Source of the DNA: Macrostomum lignano
Taxonomy: Eukaryota
Assembly: GCA_002269645.1 (NCBI GenBank)
Contig: NIVC01002480.1
Location: 1-58,317 of the forward strand
Length of the DNA stretch: 58,317 nucleotides
Direction of reading: 5' to 3'
Shown: in pieces, positions 1-38,936 of the stretch
How the letters are laid out: the number at the start of each line of letters is the position of its first letter
How positions within the stretch are numbered: position 1 is the first letter of the stretch
Made by a program: the position numbers and the translations under genes
Notes under the pieces: model-generated
What the model was told of the DNA's origin: nothing
Database searches by the model: none
Seen by the model: only the letters and a program-made list of their open reading frames with translations

Positions 1-1320
1 ACTGACACTCGAGAGTCAAAGATCAAAGTTACATCACAAACACATCTCACTGAGTCACTGACACTCGAGAGTCAAAGATCAAGTACATCACAAAACACAA
101 TCTCACTGAGTCACTGACACTCGAGAGTCAAAGATCAAAGTACATCACAAAACACATCTCACTGACTCACTGACACTTTGAGAGTCAAAGATCAAAGCTA
201 CATCACAAACACATCTCACTGACTCACTGACACTCGAGAGTCAAAGATCAAAGCTTACATCTCAACACATCTCACTGACTCACTGACACTCGAGAGTCAG
301 AGATCAAAGTTACATCACAAACACATTTCACTGACTCACTGACACTCGAGAGTCAGAGATCAAAGTTACATCACAAAACACCATCTCACTGACTCACTGA
401 CACTCGAGAGTCAGAGATCAAAGGTTACATCACAAACACATCTCACTGACTCACTGACACTCGAGAGTCAAAGATCAAAGTACATCACAAACACATCTCA
501 CTGACTCACTGACACTCGAGAGTCAGAGATCAAAGCTTACATCACAAACACATCTCACTGACTCACTGACACTCGAGAGTCAAAGATCAAAGCTACATCA
601 CAAACACATCTCACTGACTCACTGACTGACACTCGAGAGTCAAAGATCAAAGTACATCACAAACACATCTCACTGACTCACTGACACTCGAGAGTCAAAG
701 ATCAAAGCTACATCACAAACATCTCACTGACTCACTGACACTCGAGAGTCAAGATCAAAGTACATCACAAACACATCTCACTGACTCACTGACACTCGAG
801 AGTCAAAGATCAAAGCTACATCACAAACACATCTCACTGACTCACTGACACTCGAGAGTCAAAGATCAAAGTTACATCACAAACACATCTCACTGACTCA
901 CTGACACTCGAGAGTCAAAGATCAAAGCTACATCACAAACACATCTCACTGACTCACTGACACTCGAGAGTCAAAGATCAAAGTTACATCACAAACACAT
1001 CTCACTGACTCACTGACACTCGAGAGTCAAAGATCAAAGTTACATCACAAACACATTTCACTGACTCACTGACACTCGAGAGTCAAAGATCAAAGTACAT
1101 CACAAAACACATCTCACTGACTCACTGACACTCGAGAGTCAAAGATCAAAGTTACATCACAAACACATCTCACTGACTCACTGACACTCGAGAGTCAAAG
1201 ATCAAAGTTACATCACAACACATCTCACTGACTCACTGACACTCGAGAGTCAAAGATCAAAGTTACATAACGCATCTCACTGATCAGCTGACACTCGAGA
1301 GTCAAAGATCAAGGTTACAT
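1..1320. repeat. Minisatellite, ~56-bp unit (ACTGACTCACTGACACTCGAGAGTCAAAGATCAAAGTTACATCACAAACACATCTC), runs off the window start; probably inside a THADA intron
   Basis: Direct tandem repetition, about 23 copies, variation mostly small indels. Confidence 0.97.
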
Positions 1321-1415
1321 AACTTAGGAGTCAGTGACCAGTTGACAACTTTCAAAGGTTGCGAAATAACTGCCACCATTCTATTTTGAATTTGAACCTG
1401 TTGTTCCGTTTGCAG

Positions 1416-27830
<26,415 letters not shown>

Positions 27831-27835
27831 CTGCA

Positions 27836-28470
<635 letters not shown>

Positions 28471-28999
28471 TTCAGCTGGATCATGCGCTATCACTTTGAT
28501 TGTCAGTGCTATCCTGTTCGGCCAATGTGTCAGGTTTCTTACCATTTTTCAATGCTTGATTTTTCCGGCTTTTCGGTTAGTCACGAGAAGTTTCTGGCTC
28601 AGTGCATTTTGCCACATGACCAAGACTTCACGATAAAATACACGCTGTATATTGAAGTGCTTTCTCTCTGGTGTTTTGAAGCAAGTTATGACAAAACAAA
28701 CCGTTTCACTTTGCATTGGACTTTACTGGATCAGACCTGGCCCGACATAGCAAGCAGTCAGGCCCATTCCGCGGCCCCCGAGCGCGCACACAAATGCGTA
28801 CGCACTAGGGGTATTAGGGACGGCAATTTGTTTGGGGTACCCCTAGCCGAACCTCGTACCAAAACGCGAAATACGGCGTTTTTTGTATGTTACTCTAATT
28901 GGAAACATTTTAGGCCCCGACGTAAGCTCAAATATGAATGAAAAATGAAAAATGGAAATGCCAGGTATAGTCAGCAATAAGTCTCTCAGTGGTAGACCT

Positions 29000-29722
29000 C
29001 AGGGGCGTCGCCATGGATTTTTTGGTGGGGAGGACAAAGCGAAGAAATCTACATATACATGTACATTATTTTCAGAATCGGTATTGTCAGCGCTCATTTT
29101 GGCGCCGCAGGCACTCATTTTAGCGCCGCAGACACTCATTTTAGCTCCGCAGGCACTCATTTTAGCTCCGCAGGCACTCATTTTGGCGCCGTAGGCACGC
29201 ATTTTGGCGCCGTAGGCACTCATTTTGGCGCCGCAGGCACTCATTTTGGCGCCGTAGGCACTCATTTTGGCGCCGCAGACACTCATTTTGGCGCCGCAGG
29301 CACTCATTTTGGCTCCGCAGGCACTCATTTTGGCGCCGCAGTCACGCATTTTGGCTCCGCAGACACTCATTTTAGCGCCACAGACACTCATTTTAGCTCC
29401 GCAGGCACTCATTTTGGCTCCGCAGACACTCATTTTAGCGCCACAGACACTCATTTTAGCTCCGCAGGCACTCATTTTAGCTCTGCAGGCACTCATTTTG
29501 GCTCCGCAGACACTCATTTTGGTGCCGGAGGCACTCATTTTGGCTCCGCAGACACTCATTTTCGTGCCGGAGGCACTCATTTTAGCGCCGCAGCCACTAT
29601 ATTATGTTGCCCTGAAGCAAAATTATTGATTTTCATAACGGGTCACAATATTGGGTGGGGGGATAGCTTTTACTAGCAGGGACGTTTCCCCCCGCCCCCC
29701 TCCCCCGGTGGCAATGCCCCTG
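29000..29722. mobile_element. MITE-like element with imperfect terminal inverted repeats, carrying an internal 21-bp minisatellite (29095-29590)
   Basis: Left end CAGGGGCGTCGCCA and reverse complement of right end CAGGGGCATTGCCA (14 bp, 2 mismatches); internal unit GGCGCCGCAGGCACTCATTTT; no clean TSD seen. Confidence 0.6.
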
Positions 29723-30126
29723 TGTGGTAGGCCTGATATAAAACAAGTGCTGTGTACAAAGCTTTTAATCACACAGCTGTAAGCTGGTAAGAGTAATTAG
29801 TTATTTTCAATTAAATTAATTAAATTAAGCTCATACTGACGGCTGATGTATTATGATTGATAAAGAATAGTTTATTTATAAATTGCTGACTTCAAGGACT
29901 AGTCCAATTATTCCAATTATTTTGAGGATAATTTCTATTTTACAATACGTTCGCACTAAAATTCGCGTCTTTTTTCAAATTTCTCTACTGTCAGTAGAGT
30001 GTATGAAATAGTTTCATTTTGTTTTGCTAGCTGAATAAATAACGCCCAGTTTACTGACCCAGTGCCTATTACAAATTAAATGCTTAAATATCACACCGCG
30101 ACTCCCCTCAGCCAGCGCCCGATAGA

Positions 30127-30198
30127 GCCGTGATCGTATAGTGGTTAGTACTTCTCGTTGTGGCCGAGACAACCCAGGTTCGAATCCTGGTCACGGCA
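30127..30198 (+). tRNA. tRNA-His (GTG)
   Basis: 72-nt cloverleaf GCCGTGATCGTATAGTGGTTAGTAC...GGTTCGAATCC...TCACGGCA. Acceptor stem GCCGTGA/TCACGGC, anticodon stem TCTCG/CGAGA with loop TTGTGGC, A and B boxes present, downstream T-run (Pol III terminator) near 30226-30232. Confidence 0.97.
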
Positions 30199-30406
30199 GA
30201 TCTCGATCGTCTGATGGGCGCTTTAATTTTTTTGATCCAGCTGAGAAAGTTTAATAATTAAATAATTAAAATACTTTTTTATTTCGTTTATGCAAAATTG
30301 GAATATAAAATGCCGTTTCTATTTATCAACAAAACCATCTGGGCCCGAAGACTCACTCCGAAAAGTTATATAATCAATCTGATGCATTGCGAGAATGGAG
30401 CTCGCG

Positions 30407-30493
30407 CTGGTGCCCCCGGTGCTGGCGCCCCCGGTGCTGGCGCCCCCGGTGCTGGTGCCCCCGGTGCTGGCGCCTCCGGTGCTGGCGCCCCCG
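30407..30493. repeat. 15-bp tandem repeat (GCTGGCGCCCCCGGT), about 6 copies
   Basis: Direct. Confidence 0.9.
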
Positions 30494-31262
30494 GTTACAG
30501 ATCATTGTTTACGCCAAAGATGGTCAAAATTAAAAGTAAATGCAATTATTCTAGAAGCAATCTCACGAATACTTGGATCTGCGAGTTGCAATGATTTACT
30601 TTCAAAGAGAGCAGGACCCCACAAGCAGTGTCGCTTATGCAAACACCTCTGTGCAATGTATCTAGTCGAATGCGTTAGTGTTTGATAAGCGAAGCGGCAA
30701 TACTTTTTGATCTCCTTAGCTGTCATCTCAAAGTCCCGCTGCTGCAGTATGTTGGCAGACAAGCAAGCCATAGCCTCAGCGCTGCTCCGCTCTGCTCACC
30801 TGAAAGCTTTTAACTCAAACACGCTCGTCAGACCGGAAACACGTGCCAATCCAATGCGCATAAATTCTGTGGCCTAGAAGCCCAGTCTCGAGAGCAGAGG
30901 ACCAGCTCAGCCTGTCGGAGGAGGGCGCCGAGGGTTGGTCAGGATGCGACCTCAGCTGCATCTGTGACCGGGACTGACCTGACCAGGCACTGACAGCTGA
31001 CCGGAACTCTGACTCGTGATTGCATAATACTACTGTTGATAATGAAATTTACTAATCAGTTTTACTAAATAAAAAAATGTAACAAAAAATGCGCGCGTAT
31101 TGAATAACAATTCAGAAAACTATGACTTAATTTTATTCATTTTATTTTATTTCTTCAAGTTACAAATCAGTGGAGTACTTTCTAATTGGAAATTTTCAGT
31201 TAGGCCAGTTTCCGATTGAAAGTACATGTACACTGGAGAGAAAGAGCGAGAGAGTGGGGAAT

Positions 31263-31343
31263 TTCATCATCACCATCATCATCATTATCATCATCTTCAG
31301 TATCATCACCATTATCATCTTCAGTATCATCACCATGATCATC

Positions 31344-31426
<83 letters not shown>

Positions 31427-31450
31427 TATCAGCACCATGCAGCATCATCA
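31263..31450. repeat. (CAT)n trinucleotide microsatellite
   Basis: Direct. Confidence 0.97.
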
Positions 31451-32118
31451 TCAATTCTCGCAACATGCCCTAAGAAGCGGAATTTCCATCTCTTGATCCG
31501 ATCCACAAAGCCTTCCCAGTTTTCTGCAGATTGAGTCTTATTCTCCTTCCAGGAAATTCCCAGAATCCTTCTGTACGTCTTTATCTCGAAAGCTCTCAGG
31601 AGCAGAGAAGATTTAGCGCTAAAAAACTACTGAAAACCTCCCTGATGCATTTTTGCAGCGAAATTTGCACGGTCCAGTGAGCTGTTATATAGTTCGTATT
31701 GCTACTCAGCTAGGCATACTTGACAAACACTTTGATAAGAATATGAAACATTTGATGAAAGCAAGCACTTATCATTTGGGGGGGGGGTAAAACAAGGAAA
31801 TCAACACACATTCACCTAAATGTGACGCTAATTGGCTCACAAAAACGAGCATCTGATGTACATGCGAGCCAACTGGCTAGCCCTTGTCGCAATGTACGGT
31901 TATAGTCAATGTACACTCCGCCTTCTAGCTTATTATCTATTTTACGATATCTAACCTCGCTTAGCCCTCCCCGCCGCCAGCTATTCCGATTGGCCATCAG
32001 CCCTTAATTGGTTTATTATCGATAGACATCAAGTTTCTGCGCGGCCCGATCTTGCCATTAACTGACTACTTTATTTCACATTGCAAAGCGCCTGTAGCTG
32101 CTGAGTCAACACTTGGCC

Positions 32119-35100
32119 ATGCTACTAGCTTATCCGCAGTTGCTGCTGCTGCTGCTGCAGTTGGCTCCCGGACCAGTCCGGGGGGAGTTCTGGGACTCCG
32201 AGTTCGTGAACAAGCTGTACAGCTTCGTGCGCTACAAAGGCTACTTCGTGTCGCTGTTCCAGCACGCGACCAAGCCTGATCACTTCTTCTACACCCCGCT
32301 GGTGCTGCTGGACAAAGAGAGCGGCCAGTCCTTCTATAATTACCTGCGCGGAGTACAGGAGGTGGACTTCACCGTGCTCATGAGCACGGATGGCCTGCGG
32401 GCGGAGGTGCTGCAGCACCTGGTAGCTGATAAACGGGTCAACTCGCCACACGTTCAGCTCATACCGATGGAGACGGTCAGGTTTACCTTTGCCAGCGCTC
32501 TGCGACGGGGCAGCATGAAGCTGGACTTGGAGACCACGGCGGTGCCTAACAACCACCTGCCGAACAGCCTGCCTATCAAGTTCTATTCGTTCGGGCAGTC
32601 GGAGGCGCGAAAGTTTATGGCGGCGGTGCGAGAGCACCCGGCTATACTGGACCAGCTGGTGCTGGAGTACACCATCACTCAGCAGAGGAGCGCGGAGAAA
32701 CAGGTGCGGGAGCTGGCTGATTGGCGTAGGGGTTGGGATTGAGATAAGTGGGGACAGGAGAGAAAGAGATATGAGACGGTGAGACAGAGAAAGCAGAGAG
32801 GGAGACAGGGAAGAGGGAGACATGGGAGAGGGAGACAGGAGAGAGGAGACAGGAGAGAGAGACAGGAGAGGGAGACAGGAGAGAGAGACAGGAGAGGGAG
32901 ACAGGAGAGGGAGACAGGAGAGAGGGAGACAAGAGGGAGACAGGAGAGACGGGGGGCAGGAGAGAGGGAGAAATGAGAGAGGAAGACAGGAGAGAGGGAG
33001 ATAGGAGAGAGGGAGACAGGAGAGAGGGAGACATGAGAGAGGGAGACAGGAGAGACGGGGGGCAGGAGAGAGGGAGACAGGAGAGAAGGAGACGGGAGAG
33101 AGGGAGACGGGAGAGAGGGAGGCACGGGAGAGAGGGAGACAGGAAAGAGGGAGACAGGAAAGAGGGAGACAGGAGAGAGAGAGACAGGAGAGAGAGGGAG
33201 AAGGAGAGGGAGAGAGACAGGAGAGAGGGAGACAGGAGAGAGGGAGACAGGAGAGAGGGAGACAGGAGAGAGGGAGACAGGAGAGAGGGAGACAGGAGAG
33301 AGGGAGACAGGAGAGAGAGAGAGACAGGAGAGAGAGAGAGACAGGAGAGAGGGAGACAGGAGAGAGGGAGACAAGAGAGAGGGAGACGGGAGAGGGAGAC
33401 AGGAGAGACGGGGGGCAGGAGAGAGGGAGGCAGGAGAGAGGGAGACGGGAGAGAGGGAGGCAGGAGAGAGGGAGACAGGAGAGAGGGAGGCAGGAGAGAG
33501 GGAGGCAGAATGGAGCACCACTGCACACAAAGTGCCGCCGTCCCCCAGGTGGAGATCAAGGCGGAGTACATCGCCAGCACGGCCCTGTTCGCCAAGCTGA
33601 CCACCATGACGGCCCCCGGCACAGTCCGCTACCTGACTGCCCACGACGCCAACGCGATCGCCAGCCAGAGCTACTCCAGCATCCGGGCCCGAGTGGTCCG
33701 CAGTCAGGAGTACATCGAAGGCCCGGACGAGGTCCGCCTAACCGAGCTCATCCAGCAGCTGCTCACCAGAAATGCCGCCACCTGGTCGCAGCTGAACGAA
33801 GCCGCCAGACAATCGGTGTTCTGGGACCCGACGTTCGCGCGACCGGACGAGGTCAGCCACCTGTTGAACCGGGTCTACGAGCGCGAGTCCGGCACGGACA
33901 GGCGGCTGAAGGTCAGCGAAGATCAGCGCCAGCTGCTGGAGACCCAGTCGGCTCAGTCCACCGCCTGCTACATATTCAAGTGCGAGGGCGACAGCTCCGA
34001 GTCCAGCCTGAGGCTCGACACCAGACAGAGGCTGACCGAGGAGGAGATGAGGCAGTTTCTCAACGAGAGGCAGCTGGAAGTTGAGTACACTGGCCGGCTG
34101 TTTGTAGTGAAAAACATGAAGCTGTTCAGAGTCAACACGGCCGAGTTCCAGTCCGGACAGACCATCGCCACCTCGTCTGTGCAGGTGCGCGATTCCCGCC
34201 GGCTTGGGGATTGCGTTGCTGGAAACGGGATATAGGGGGTGGGATACCTCTGGGATGGGATACCTCTGGGATGGGATATCTCATGGGATATCTCTGGGAT
34301 GGGATACCTCTAGGATGGGATATCTCTGGTATGGGATATCTCTGGGATGGGATATCTCTGGGATGGGATATCTCTGGGATGGGATATCTCTGGGATGGGA
34401 TATCTCTGGGATGGGATATCTCTGGGATGGGATATCTCTGGGATGGGATATCTCTGGGATGGATACCTCTGGGATGGGATATGGGATGGGATACCTCTGG
34501 GATGGGATATGGGATGGGATACCTCTGGGATGGGATATGGGATGGGATACCTCTGGGATGGGATATCTCTGGGATGGGATATCTCTGGGATGGGATATCT
34601 CTGGGATGGGATATCTCTGGGATGGGATATCTCTGGGATGGGATATCTCTGGGATGGGATATCTCTGGGATGGGATATCTCTGGGATGGGATATCTCTGG
34701 GATGGGATACCTCTGGGATGGGATACCTCTGGGATGGGATATCTCTGGGATGGGATATCTCTGGGATGGGATACCTCTCGGATGGGATATCTATGAGATG
34801 GGATATCTGAGGTGTACGGGATAACAATCAGATGGGATATCTAAGGGGCTGAGATACTTATTGGATGGGATATCTCTGGTATGGTATATCTCTGGCATGG
34901 GATACCTCTGGGATGGGATATCTCTGGGATGGGATATCTCTGGGATGGGATACCTCTGGGATGGGATATCTCTGGGATGGGATACCTCTGGGATGGGATA
35001 TCTCTGGGATGGGATATGGGATGGGATACCTCTGGGATGGGATATCTCTGGGATGGGATATCTCTGGGATGGGATATCTCTGGGATGGGATATCTCTGGG

Positions 35101-37729
35101 ATGGGATATCTCTGGGATGGGATATCTCTGGGATGGGATATCTCTGGGATGGGATATCTCTGGGATGGGATATCTCTGGGATGGGATATCTCTGGGATGG
35201 GATATCTCTGGGATGGGATATCTCTGGGATGGGATATCTCTGGGATGGGATATCTCTGGGATGGGATATCTCTGGGATGGGATATCTCTGGGATGGGATA
35301 TCTCTGGGATATGGGATACCTCTCGGATGGGATATCTATGAGATGGGATATCTGAGGTGTATGGGATAACCATCAGATGGGATATCTAAGGGGCTGAGAT
35401 ACTTATTGGATGAGATATCTATGAGATACCATGAGATACCAGGCGGGTGGGGTCTAATAAAGCAATAGAAAACTCGGGAGTAGCGAAATCGCAGGATATC
35501 AGTTATCTAAGATCAAGACGCAACACAATGTTCACTCCGCAGGTGACCAAGAAGCAGGAGCTGCACACCTTGAAGCTGAAGACGGATCCCGAGCTGCCCG
35601 GTGACAGCACGGCGGTCAGCCGAGCTGCCTGCCCCAGCGCGCCCTACACCTACAAGGGCTGCTACGAGGACAGCGCCACCGCGCCTGATCTGAACGGATT
35701 CAACTATCAGTCCGCTGACATGGAGGTTTGCTCGGGAGTGGGCGTTCTGTTGTGGGAGTGACTGGCAACCAATTCTTAACCATAGCAACCAATTCTCAGC
35801 CATAGCAACCAATTCCCAGCCATAGCAACCAATTCTCAGCCATAGCAAACAATTCTCCGCCATAACAACCAATTCTCAGTCATAGCAACCAATTATCAAC
35901 CATAGCAACCAATTCTCCGCCATAGCAACCAATTCTCAGTCATAGCAACCAATTATCAACCACAGCAACCAATTCTTAACCATGGCAACCAATTCTCAGC
36001 CATAGCAACCAATTCTCAGCCATAGCAACCAATTCTCCGCCATAACAACCAATTCTCAGTCATAGCAAACAATTCTCCGCCATAACAACCAATTCTCAGT
36101 CATAGCAACCAATTATCAACCATAGCAACCAATTCTCCGCCATAGCAACCAATTCTCAGTCATAGCAACCAATTATCAACCACAGCAACCAATTCTTAAC
36201 CATGGCAACCAATTCTCAGCCATAGCAACCAATTCTCAGCCATAGCAACCAATTCTCCGCCATAACAACCAATTCTCAGTCATAGCAACCAATTATCAAC
36301 CATAGCAACCGATTCTTAACCATGGCAACCAATTCTCAGCCATAGCAACCAATTCTCAGCCATAGCAACCAATTCTCCGCCATAACAACCAATTCTCAGT
36401 CATAGCAACCAATTATCAACCATAGCAATCGATTCTTAGCCATAGCAACTAATTCTCAGCCATAGCAACCAATCCTCAGCCATAGCAACCAATTCTCAGC
36501 CATAGCAACCAATTCTCAGCCATAGCAACCAATTCTCAGCCATAGCAACCAATTCTCAGCCATAGCAACCAATTCTCAGCCATAGCAACCAATTCTCAGC
36601 CATAGCAACCAATTCTCAGCCTTAGCAACAAGTGAATGCGTAACCATAGCAACCAATGTCCGCCACGCAGGCCAGCCAGTGCTACAAGCAGTGCTCAGGC
36701 CGCGGCTTCGCCTACTTCGGCCTGCAGTCGGGCGATCGTTGCAGCTGCGGCGCCGCTGTCGGTCGCTACCAAATGCGCCCGGACTCCGAATGCGCCGACG
36801 CCTGCGCTGGCGACGCCGGGCAGCGTTGCGGCGGTCGACTGCGCAACTCCGTGTTCGCTGTGGACCGGCCAGCAGCCTCGTCGGCCTCGACCAGCAGCTC
36901 GACTGCTCATCCTGACAACGTGTACAACTCGACTAAATTCGAATACCGCGGTTGCTATGAGGATTTTGGCGACCTAGCAACGGACAGCAGCCGACAGCCG
37001 TGGCTGACGCAGCGCAGCGACGGCATGACGGTGGAGGCCTGTCATCATTTCTGCGCTGGCGGGCCGCGTCAGCAGCAGCCGTGGTTTCTGCTGCGCGCCG
37101 GCGCCGAGTGTCACTGCCGACGGCGGCTGCCGCACGGCGGCCAGCTGAAGCGGCTCAGCGACGCCGACTGTCGGCAGAGTTGCTCCGGAAACCAGCGGCA
37201 GGCCTGCGGTGGCGGCGGCAGCAGCGGCGGTGGCAAAGCCGCGGTGTCCATCTACGCCGCAGCCAGCCTGCGGCAGAGTGTCGTTTCACCTGGCGGCGGC
37301 GGGTTCGGACCCGACTGGAGCTTCCAGCTGAGCGCAGCCTCCTCCGCTGCTTCATCTCCAGCATCCTCAGCCTCATCATCGTCGGGCGGCTACTCTGAGC
37401 TTGGCTGCCCGGCGGCCGGAGGTGACGCCTTCCTGGAGACGAGCGCGCTGCAGACGCCCGGCCTGACGCCCAACGACTGTCTGGAGTTCTGCCGGGCTGA
37501 CGACACCACGACGAAGTACTTCCGGATCGGGCGCGGCGGTGGCGGGCTGTTCGATGGATTCGGTGGAGATTTCGGTTTCGGTCGCGGTGGCAGCGGCGGC
37601 GGCTTGAGCAGTAGCGACCCCGCCTGCTCCTGCCTGTTCACCATGATGCCGGAGTCGCGAATCCGCTTCGGCTCCGGCCGCTCCGGCGACTGCAGCGGCT
37701 TCAAGTATTTTGCCATCGTAGGTCGCTAG
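32119..37729 (+). CDS. Secreted protein (~820 aa): signal peptide, uncharacterised ~400-aa N-terminal region, two canonical WSC domains and one degenerate WSC-like module
   Basis: Exons 32119-32703, 33549-34184, 35543-35725, 36671-37729 (TAG), all introns phase 0 and GT-AG. Hydrophobic N-terminus [25 protein letters not shown] motifs YKGCYED...CYKQC...[12 protein letters not shown]...C...C.G...CGG and YRGCYED...[10 protein letters not shown]...ECHC...C...C.GN..Q.CGG. Confidence 0.88.
32750..33507 (+). repeat. Intronic GA-rich repeat, ~15-bp unit (GAGAGGGAGACAGGA)
   Basis: Direct repetition within intron 32704-33548. Confidence 0.95.
34240..35440. repeat. Intronic minisatellite, 16-bp unit (GGGATATCTCTGGGAT)
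   Basis: Direct repetition within intron 34185-35542. Confidence 0.96.
35765..36655. repeat. Intronic minisatellite, 20-bp unit (CCATAGCAACCAATTCTCAG)
   Basis: Direct repetition within intron 35726-36670. Confidence 0.96.
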
Positions 37730-37892
37730 CGCTGCCTGTACTGTTTCGACTATGGGCTTCTTATAATCAGTCACAGTGTGCGTGCAGCGATTCTGCGAAT
37801 ACACGATTCGTAGCTCCGCTTGTTTGTTTTTGTTAAACTGATTTTGAATTTCAATTCGTCAATTGCAAATGGATTGAATTCTTTTTTTGCCA

Positions 37893-38632
<740 letters not shown>

Positions 38633-38936
38633 AACATCTAGCATTTCTAACATTTTAAGTAAGCTGTTCAAATGAGCGAGTCTTCCAGTTTAGCCACAAT
38701 CCAAGTCATGCCGAGTGCTTTGTTGCCTTCCTCTTTAGAATTTCCAGTCTGGCGCAGCAGTAAAAACGCGGACCAATTAAGTGCATGTACATGGATAGAC
38801 GATGAATAAGTATTTTCATGTACCTTGCACCCTGCTTGCTCAGAGTGACAGCTACAAATAAGACGGCGCAAAAGTCTCGCCAGATTCTTATTTAAAAACT
38901 TGTAAGGGAGGGGGGCGTGAAGTCTGTGACTCTGGT

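Noticed and set aside
1-1320. Regularly spaced repeats superficially like a CRISPR array (also 49380-50465)
   Set aside because: Units are contiguous with no unique spacers, there are no cas genes, and the context is eukaryotic
30298-30594. GAPGA repeats resembling collagen or elastin
   Set aside because: Only six 15-bp units in otherwise AT-rich, non-coding-like sequence; not Gly-X-Y periodic
31170-31534. Poly-His, poly-Ile, poly-Asp and poly-Met ORFs
   Set aside because: Translations of a (CAT)n microsatellite with no flanking coding or splice evidence
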